From contig CALRIS020000012.1 of the NCBI GenBank assembly GCA_943361795.1, positions 21,077 to 85,076 of the forward strand: DNA of 64,000 nucleotides, written 5' to 3'. The notes under the pieces are model-generated. The model was not told the origin of the DNA. It saw only the letters and a list, made by a program, of their open reading frames with translations, and searched no databases. This stretch comes from Pimelobacter simplex. GTDB taxonomy: Bacteria; Cyanobacteriota; Cyanobacteriia; PCC-6307; Cyanobiaceae. The position numbers were made by a program, and so were the translations under genes. Positions 28,869 to 35,527 of this stretch are shown here, piece by piece (the first letter of the stretch is position 1; each line of letters starts with the position of its first letter).

Positions 28869-30590
28869 GTGATGAACCCATCCCTACAACCTCCCAGCCA
28901 GCCCATGCCAGCTGATGACGAAATTGACCTTGGCCAACTAGCGGCAAGCCTGGGGCGTCGCCGCCGGCTGATTGCTGCTGTCACCGGTGGAACGGTTGTC
29001 CTCACAGGCTTATTCACGCTCCTGCAGAAGCCTGTTTGGGAAGGGGAATTCCAAATTGTGTTGGCTCGTCAGGATAGTGGTGGTGGCAGTCGTTTAGCCC
29101 AACTCGCCGCTGCCAATCCCATGTTGGCCGGGTTAGCCGGCATCGGCTCCGGTGGCGGCAAAGACAGCCTGGAAACCGAGGTCAAGGTTCTTGGTAGTCC
29201 ATCCGTACTCAAACCAATCTTTGAATTTGTCCGTGCTTCCAAGCGTGAAGCAGGTGTTGACGTTGATCAGCTCCGTTACGACGGGTGGGCAAAATCCAAT
29301 CTTGATATCAAGCTAGAGAAAGGAACATCCGTTTTAAATATCTCCTACCGGGACAACGATAAGCGTTTGATCCTGCCAGTGATTGGAAAAATCTCCAAGG
29401 CTTATCAAGATTATTCAGGCAGGGATCGCCGCCGGGATATCTCTCAGGCCGTAATCTATTTAAATGGCCGCATTGCTCAAATCGGTCCCCAAGCTGAAGT
29501 TTCGATGCGAAGTGCCCAGGCCTTTGCCCTTTCAAATGGCCTGGGAATTCAAGATGGAATGCCACCTGCGACCGCCAGCTCTACCGGTGATGGGGGTGGG
29601 TCATCAGAAGCGAGTTCTGGATCTGTTGAGAGCAATCGACTGACGTCCCAGGCCCAGGTCATTACCTTGCGGCAACAAATACGCAATGCGCAAGCCGCTG
29701 GCGCCGAAGTGCTCTTCCAGGCTCCCCTGCTAGAGGCCAACAAGGATCTCTACAAGCAGTATCAAAGCCTGGAAGCAACCCTGGCTGAACAACGCAGCCG
29801 CCTTAGGGAAAAAGATCCAATCATCGTGGGGCTGCTGCGTCAAAGAAGTGCGTTGATCAATACCCTAAATCGGGAAACAATCTCCCTGCTACAGGGTCAA
29901 CTAGCATCCGCAAATGCCCGGCTTCAAGCCGCATCTCGCCCCAAAGAAGTAGTGCTGCAGCATCGCCAGTTAGTACGTCAAGCCCTGCGAGACGAAAAAA
30001 CCCTGATTGAACTTGAAAACCAATTACAATTGGCTCAATTAGAGCAAGCTAAGCAGTCAGATCCCTGGGAACTCATTTCAAACCCCACCCTGCTGGATCG
30101 CCCGGTAGCCCCCAAGAAAGGTCGCAATCTGGCCTTGGGGTTGTTGGCCGGTTTGGTGCTGGGAAGCGGGGCTGCCCTGGTGGCGGAACGGCGTACCGGT
30201 CGGATCCATGGCTCCGATGAACTGGCGTCGCTCTTGCCTGGTTCCCTTCTGGCCGTCCTCGAAGTGGATCAGCCAGCCACTTGGAGCCAGCCGCTGCAGC
30301 TTCTCAGTAGTGGACCCCTAGCTGGCGCCAGCACCCTTGCCCTAGTGACGATTGGCTTGGCCACGGACGTGGCCGAGCCGATTGCCCAGGCCCTCCAGGT
30401 CGCTTCCGGTCGGCCCGTGCTCTGCAGCAGTGATCTGGTGGCAACCCGGAGTTGTGATGCCCAGGTACTTCTGACCAGCCCCGGAGCCGCTGAACGGGAC
30501 CAGTTGCAACGGCTGCGGCGGGATCTGGAGCTGCAAGGAAGCCCCGTGGTCGGCTGGCTGCTGCTGAACGACCGCCGGCCCCATGGCTGA
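28869..30590 (+). CDS. Polysaccharide co-polymerase (Wzz/PCP-2-like) with a degenerate kinase-like C-terminal domain
   Basis: Wzz N-domain DEIDLGQLAASLGRRRRLIAAVTGGTVVLTGLF, a long coiled-coil region, a second TM LALGLLAGLVLGSGAALVA, and a C-terminal domain lacking a Walker A motif. GTG/ATG at 28869/28872 directly abuts the wza-like stop. Confidence 0.7.
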   Translation: MMNPSLQPPSQPMPADDEIDLGQLAASLGRRRRLIAAVTGGTVVLTGLFTLLQKPVWEGEFQIVLARQDSGGGSRLAQLAAANPMLAGLAGIGSGGGKDSLETEVKVLGSPSVLKPIFEFVRASKREAGVDVDQLRYDGWAKSNLDIKLEKGTSVLNISYRDNDKRLILPVIGKISKAYQDYSGRDRRRDISQAVIYLNGRIAQIGPQAEVSMRSAQAFALSNGLGIQDGMPPATASSTGDGGGSSEASSGSVESNRLTSQAQVITLRQQIRNAQAAGAEVLFQAPLLEANKDLYKQYQSLEATLAEQRSRLREKDPIIVGLLRQRSALINTLNRETISLLQGQLASANARLQAASRPKEVVLQHRQLVRQALRDEKTLIELENQLQLAQLEQAKQSDPWELISNPTLLDRPVAPKKGRNLALGLLAGLVLGSGAALVAERRTGRIHGSDELASLLPGSLLAVLEVDQPATWSQPLQLLSSGPLAGASTLALVTIGLATDVAEPIAQALQVASGRPVLCSSDLVATRSCDAQVLLTSPGAAERDQLQRLRRDLELQGSPVVGWLLLNDRRPHG

Positions 30591-32652
30591 ACCGTTGCCC
30601 TTGCGATCCCGGCGCTGGGCCTCGGCCCTTGTCGTGGCCACGGTGGCCCTTCAACCGGTGCAGGCCCAGCCCAGCTGGCAGCCCGTTCCGCCGCAGCAGC
30701 GCCCTGGCGGTGAGCCCACCGCAGGCCTGCCCCAGTGGCAACGGATCACCCCTGTTGATTCGATCCCTGGAGGCAGGCAAGGGACGCCAATCTGGCAGCC
30801 CCTGCCTGGGGCACCAGGCCTTTCACGGCAGCTGGTCTGGGAGCCCGTAGCCCCAGTAGCCGCAGTAGCCGCAGAGACCAAACTAGGACTCCCTAGCCCT
30901 GGAGCCAAGCCTGGAAGTGCCCTGCCCCAGACCTGGACCCAAACAACCGCAGCAGATCCCCGTCTGGGCGGGTCGGAGAGTCAGGTCAAACCCATGGCCA
31001 GGCCCCCCACAAGCCCGGCGGAAGCCCAGGCGCTCCTGGATGGCCTAAAACCCACAGCCGCCGATTTCAGCCCCCAGCTCCGCCTGGGAGAGGCCGTGCC
31101 CACGGCCCAGCAACTGTCCGAGCAACAAAGTCAGCTGTCCTTCTTCCAGCTGGCACCCTTGGGTGGTGCCAAACAGGGAGGTGGCGGTGGTACGGGCAAC
31201 CAGAATTACGCAGCAAGGCTGGATGCGGGCTTAACCGATCACATTCAAATATCGGCATTTTATAGCGTTGCTGATGATCCCCTCTATGCACCGATCACGG
31301 GCAAGACCATTCAGCCCGCCAATTTCTGGCAAAGTTATGGAGGAGCCTTGCAATGGCGCCTACTCGGTTCAAACACCACCGCCTGGACGTTAGCCCTAGC
31401 GGGATCGTTGGAGGCTTGGACAGTGGGCAGCGGAGGCTGCGACTCTTTCTCCTGCAAGGGTCAAAACAATGCCAGTCAAAATATATTCAACAACTCTGGC
31501 AGTCGGGTACAAACCACCAATGTTGTGGGGTCCCTGTCCCTGCCGATTAGCTGGCAAGCGTTGCCAACTTTGGCCCTAACCTTCACCCCTGGAGTGAGCT
31601 TTTTGCCGAGCAGCCAGGGGGGAGGGCAAGGTGGCAGTGGGCCCTTCTATGGCACAAACGCAAGTGTGGCAGCTGGAGCAAGCTGGCGGCCGATCCCAAG
31701 CCTCACCCTGTTTGGCTCCGGCCTGATTCCCCTGGGCCCTGGTAATAATAGTTTCAATGGTAATTTGGTCTTCGCCCGAGTTCCAATCCTCACAACTGGA
31801 ATCAATTGGTCCCTCAATCCCCGCATTGCCCTAGAAGGCCAGCTCACCAATGGTTGGGGGGCCACGCCGGCAACGGCCATGCTGGCCCTTCCCTCCGAGA
31901 ATCAACTGGGCTATTCCGGCCGCTTTATTTTTACTCCCGGCGCCCTTGACACACCGCAACCAGCCCTGACTCCGCGCCAGCAGTCCCTTGCCTTGGGGGG
32001 GCTTACTGTTAATACGGCCCTAGTGCCCCCAAGCGGCACCACAGAGCTCTGGGTGAATGGCGATAACCAGGGAAATGGCTTCGGCTATATCGGCTATTCG
32101 CTCTCCAATAGTTTCCAGCTGGATGTCTATAAAGGAGGGGTCTTCAACAACGTAGAACCCACAAATACCCTCGCTACAACCTATGCCAGTGATGGCGGCT
32201 GGAATTACCGCTTTGGGGGCAAGGCGATCGTCATGAGCCAACTGCGGGGGGCGCCATTTTCCCTCGGCGGTCGCATCAGCCTGGGCCGAAATACGGACCC
32301 ATCGAGTTACCAGGGCTATGTGTTCGCCGAGTCGATCTCCACCTGGGAGGCCAATTCCTGGCTGGCCTTTAACCTCAACCCCAAGCTGGCCTGGAGCGGT
32401 ATTAGCACCCCCTGGGCGGTGGGAGTGAGTGCCAACATTCAATTGGGTCGCCACTTCCAGCTGATCCCGGAGGTGAATGTGGTGGGTTCTGAGATCAATG
32501 CCACCAATGGAACCCTGGCCCTGCGATGGCTAACCACAAGCAGCACCAATCTGGAAATTTATGTCAGCAATGCCGCGGGCTTATTTGACATCGGTCAGCT
32601 ACTAGACAACAGCAACATGCGGGTAGGTGGCCGCCTTTTATTCAGCTTCTAG
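30583..32652 (+). CDS. Putative outer-membrane beta-barrel protein with a Pro/Trp-rich N-terminal region
   Basis: Signal peptide RSRRWASALVVATVALQPVQAQ, alternating beta-strand-like sequence, and terminal ...GGRLLFSF (C-terminal Phe typical of OM barrels). It overlaps the upstream gene by 8 nt. Confidence 0.55.
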   Translation: MAEPLPLRSRRWASALVVATVALQPVQAQPSWQPVPPQQRPGGEPTAGLPQWQRITPVDSIPGGRQGTPIWQPLPGAPGLSRQLVWEPVAPVAAVAAETKLGLPSPGAKPGSALPQTWTQTTAADPRLGGSESQVKPMARPPTSPAEAQALLDGLKPTAADFSPQLRLGEAVPTAQQLSEQQSQLSFFQLAPLGGAKQGGGGGTGNQNYAARLDAGLTDHIQISAFYSVADDPLYAPITGKTIQPANFWQSYGGALQWRLLGSNTTAWTLALAGSLEAWTVGSGGCDSFSCKGQNNASQNIFNNSGSRVQTTNVVGSLSLPISWQALPTLALTFTPGVSFLPSSQGGGQGGSGPFYGTNASVAAGASWRPIPSLTLFGSGLIPLGPGNNSFNGNLVFARVPILTTGINWSLNPRIALEGQLTNGWGATPATAMLALPSENQLGYSGRFIFTPGALDTPQPALTPRQQSLALGGLTVNTALVPPSGTTELWVNGDNQGNGFGYIGYSLSNSFQLDVYKGGVFNNVEPTNTLATTYASDGGWNYRFGGKAIVMSQLRGAPFSLGGRISLGRNTDPSSYQGYVFAESISTWEANSWLAFNLNPKLAWSGISTPWAVGVSANIQLGRHFQLIPEVNVVGSEINATNGTLALRWLTTSSTNLEIYVSNAAGLFDIGQLLDNSNMRVGGRLLFSF

Positions 32653-32802
32653 AGGGCTCCTGGCATGAGCCAGTCGAAAGCCCGCCCATGCAGGCAGAGC
32701 GATCATTCCTGGAGAGCACATAACATTGGTGAACAGACCGAAAAGATGGCGCTTGCCTCAAAGCAAATCCCCGCCAAGCCAGCAAGCCGGCGGTTAATGC
32801 GC

Positions 32803-33705
32803 TCAGGTCCTGAGGCTGCGATCAGCACGGCGCAGCCGCTCCTGGTGAATCCATTGCTTCGGCGTGCAGCCAAAATAACTCAGAAACAACTGCCGCAGCA
32901 CCAGCCTGGAATAACCGCTACGGCGTTCCAATTCACTGAGCCCCAAGGGCCCATGCAGGTTGGCGCGCATGTAGTCGATCAGGGCATCTAATCGGCTGTT
33001 ATGGGCGCCCTCTCGATGCCGGTACAGCTCGCCAGCGGAGTTTTCAATCAGGGCCGGCAGCAACAGGGCGACTAAGCGCCTATAAAGTTTGTCATCCAAA
33101 TCAGCCCAGCTTTTCAGCTTGCCATCGTGCCCCAGCAGGGGATCAACCAAAGCGATCAAGTGGCGGATCTGGTTGAGGAGAATCGCCTCGGCTGGAGTCT
33201 CAAGGGAAAAGACCCGGCTGCCGTTGATGGCGGCTAGAAAATCCCGCTCCTGAAAATGATGGGGGGCCATGGCGCGGGCAACCCGCTCAAGGGCGGCGTG
33301 GCTAAGGCGAAGGGCTACACCGCTATAGGGACTTGTCTCGGTGCGGGACACGCCGGCCCGAGAGACCATCACGGCCTGTCCCGGCATGTAGGTTATCGGC
33401 TGGCGATGGCCATGGCTCACGGCCATTCCGGCATAGGGCAATATAAACGTGGCGGTGGCAGTGGTTACAACTGGTGCACTGAAGCTGACGCTGGTATGGG
33501 ATACGGCGGCCAAGGTCAATTCGCCGACTTGAAGCGCCGCTGAGCGGTAGCAAAACTGGTCGGCCTCCCCCAGGGGCAGGTAGTCGTGGATTGTCAATAC
33601 TTTGGCGATCTGCCCGGCGCAAATCTGGGGATCACACTCGATTGCCGCCTTACCATTTAAAAAGGGCAACTGTAAACCTTTAACCCATTGGGAATCACTC
33701 ATCAC
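32803..33705 (-). CDS. AraC-family transcriptional regulator
   Basis: C-terminal dual HTH: LGLSELERRSGYSRLVLRQLFLSYFGCTPKQWIHQERLRRA. Confidence 0.8.
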   Translation of the reverse strand: MMSDSQWVKGLQLPFLNGKAAIECDPQICAGQIAKVLTIHDYLPLGEADQFCYRSAALQVGELTLAAVSHTSVSFSAPVVTTATATFILPYAGMAVSHGHRQPITYMPGQAVMVSRAGVSRTETSPYSGVALRLSHAALERVARAMAPHHFQERDFLAAINGSRVFSLETPAEAILLNQIRHLIALVDPLLGHDGKLKSWADLDDKLYRRLVALLLPALIENSAGELYRHREGAHNSRLDALIDYMRANLHGPLGLSELERRSGYSRLVLRQLFLSYFGCTPKQWIHQERLRRADRSLRT

Positions 33706-33805
33706 CGCTCATGGAATGCCGTGGAAAGAAAAAACTTAAACATCAAACTCATTTTTTACCTAAGCGGAAAATCAACAACGGGCCATAGCAGCTAAACGGT
33801 TCATT

Positions 33806-34708
33806 TCAAGCCATGAACTTATCAATCACCACCTGGGGATGATCTTTTAGGTGGTCAAGGTAGGACGAGGACAGGATCTCCAGCAAAGCAAGAACACCCG
33901 GGCTCTCCTCCAAGCCACGCAACACAACAAGCGACTCCTTAGCCCTGAAGTTACAGCGACTGTCAACTCGCCTGTAGTGGCGAAAATCCCCAAAAGCCTT
34001 GGGGTGATGCGCCATAAGAAAAGTGACTGGAGCCCTCACCTCGCGCGGCTGACCAGAACCGCAATCAGCTACGGGGGCATCGCCATAGAGATGGTTAAAC
34101 AATTGGATGGCACACCCTTTAGTTTCCGGCGAAAGGAAGCCCTGGGGCTTAACAAGCGACAAGACCCTCACATCATCGGCGCTAAGGCCTTTCTCAAAAG
34201 ACAGGGACTTACTTGCTTGGTTGTCAGCCAAAATATCGGCGCAAAGATTCAAGGGCACTTCGTAGAGATCAAAGCAAACAAATTTAGGATTGTCATCAGC
34301 AGGGCGCTGACTAGTTTCCGCAATCATGGCATCAATCACGCGATCTTCCAGTAAGCCCAGTGCTGCCCCTACGGGTTCCTTCTCTGTGGCCGGATTCACC
34401 ATCCAGCCTGGGGCCAACTGGTTGCCGAGCAAGCGACTCGCCCAATAGGGCGCCTGCAATCTCAGCCTGCTCCTGCCGGAGAGGCGATAGAGCTGGTGCA
34501 CCTGCCGTTCCATCTGCAGCAGGCTCGTTGGCCCAGCCTGCGGATTGGGGACCAAGCCATGGCTGGGCGATAGATTGAATACCTTGAGAGCCTGCTGTCT
34601 GCGACGGCTGATCGTGCTTTGGTTGCAGAAGGCCAATCGGGCCGCATCATCGCCATTGCGAAGCCAACAGATCAGGTCGAGTGCTTCCAGCTCCTCAGGC
34701 GAAACCAT
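33806..34708 (-). CDS. Divergent LysR-like transcriptional regulator (tentative)
   Basis: N-terminal HTH-like LEALDLICWLRNGDDAARLAFCNQSTISRRRQQALKVFNL, then LRLQAPYWASRLL, resembling an LTTR substrate-domain start. A T-N11-A dyad lies upstream. Confidence 0.4.
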   Translation of the reverse strand: MVSPEELEALDLICWLRNGDDAARLAFCNQSTISRRRQQALKVFNLSPSHGLVPNPQAGPTSLLQMERQVHQLYRLSGRSRLRLQAPYWASRLLGNQLAPGWMVNPATEKEPVGAALGLLEDRVIDAMIAETSQRPADDNPKFVCFDLYEVPLNLCADILADNQASKSLSFEKGLSADDVRVLSLVKPQGFLSPETKGCAIQLFNHLYGDAPVADCGSGQPREVRAPVTFLMAHHPKAFGDFRHYRRVDSRCNFRAKESLVVLRGLEESPGVLALLEILSSSYLDHLKDHPQVVIDKFMA

Positions 34709-34786
34709 CCAGCAAAATAATTAATGTTCACAATTTAAATACATGGAGACGTGACTGCCCGGTTAAACAGTGGCATTTATTCAAAG

Positions 34787-34803
34787 TATGCAGGTATTGC
34801 ATA
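34787..34803 (-). promoter_or_regulatory. T-N11-A dyad (TATGCA-N5-TGCATA), candidate LTTR box
   Basis: tatgcaggtattgcata lies about 80-95 nt upstream of the LysR-like start at 34708. Confidence 0.35.
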
Positions 34804-34848
34804 GGTACCCCTAGGACCGATCAGTCGGGGCTACAGCCGCTGGACCGA

Positions 34849-35151
34849 TCACCCATTCCCCTCCAGCCGCGCGCGACGCGCGGCCTGGCCCGCTTCCGCC
34901 GCCGTGATCCCGGCCAGCAACAACAGGCCGGCCAGGCCTATCAGCTGGTGGCGTTGATTCAAGGATCCATCGTCCTGGCCGCCCAGCAGGGCACCAGCGA
35001 CAAACCAACTGGTGGCCAGGGCTGAGGTGAGCCAGTAGGCGCGCCAACGCCGTTGGTAGAGGTAGCCCGTGCCCAAGCCCGGCACCACGTTGAGCACCAC
35101 CGCCACCCAGCCACTGGAGGCGGCCAGGATCTCCTGTTTGCTGGGGGTCAT
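34849..35151 (-). CDS. Small membrane protein (2 TM)
   Basis: MTPSKQEILAASSGWVAVVLNVVPGLGTGYLYQRRW ... LIGLAGLLLLAGITAAEA. ATG 35151 is preferred over the listed GTG 35223. Confidence 0.45.
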   Translation of the reverse strand: MTPSKQEILAASSGWVAVVLNVVPGLGTGYLYQRRWRAYWLTSALATSWFVAGALLGGQDDGSLNQRHQLIGLAGLLLLAGITAAEAGQAARRARLEGNG

Positions 35152-35485
35152 GGCCAAGGCCGCTGGGGGAGCCCCCAATCTGGCGGAACCATCCGGCCTC
35201 CCGCGGCTGGAGGGGGAGAGCACTAGGGCTCGGGCGGCCTAGGCGCGGTCCCCCACCCCTGCCTGTGCCCTAGGCCCAATCCCTCACCTTGATCCTTAAG
35301 GAGGCCGAGGAATCGCGAACAAGGCCACTACAAGCAATCATCACAACAATTGATCGCAGCAATCACAGATGGTGATCACAGGCCTGGAAATCGACCTTGA
35401 TTCCTGCGCTGCAGGCCATCCCCCGGGTCTGCATTTTGGTTTGTTGTGTCGATTCACATCAACGGCAAAGGAGACCCTTATCCCC

Positions 35486-35513
35486 AGGCACTCTGCTGCC
35501 TAGCAGAGTGCCT
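35486..35513 (+). promoter_or_regulatory. Perfect 12-bp inverted repeat or hairpin 15 nt upstream of the P-type ATPase start
   Basis: AGGCACTCTGCT-gcct-AGCAGAGTGCCT. Confidence 0.5.
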
Positions 35514-35527
35514 AAGTTAACTGCTAA

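Noticed and set aside
35369-35503. 44-codon ATG ORF in the ATPase leader as a real protein
   Set aside because: Its third-position composition is mixed and unlike genuine genes here, and I recognised no motif. I kept it only as a possible regulatory uORF in the leader finding.
35224-35527. Mn2+ (yybP-ykoY) riboswitch upstream of the P-type ATPase (also checked 40000-40170 upstream of the GDT1 gene)
   Set aside because: These gene families are classic yybP-ykoY targets. By eye I could not find the conserved GGGGAGUAG / UUGACA-type cores, so I make no riboswitch claim. An Infernal scan would settle it.
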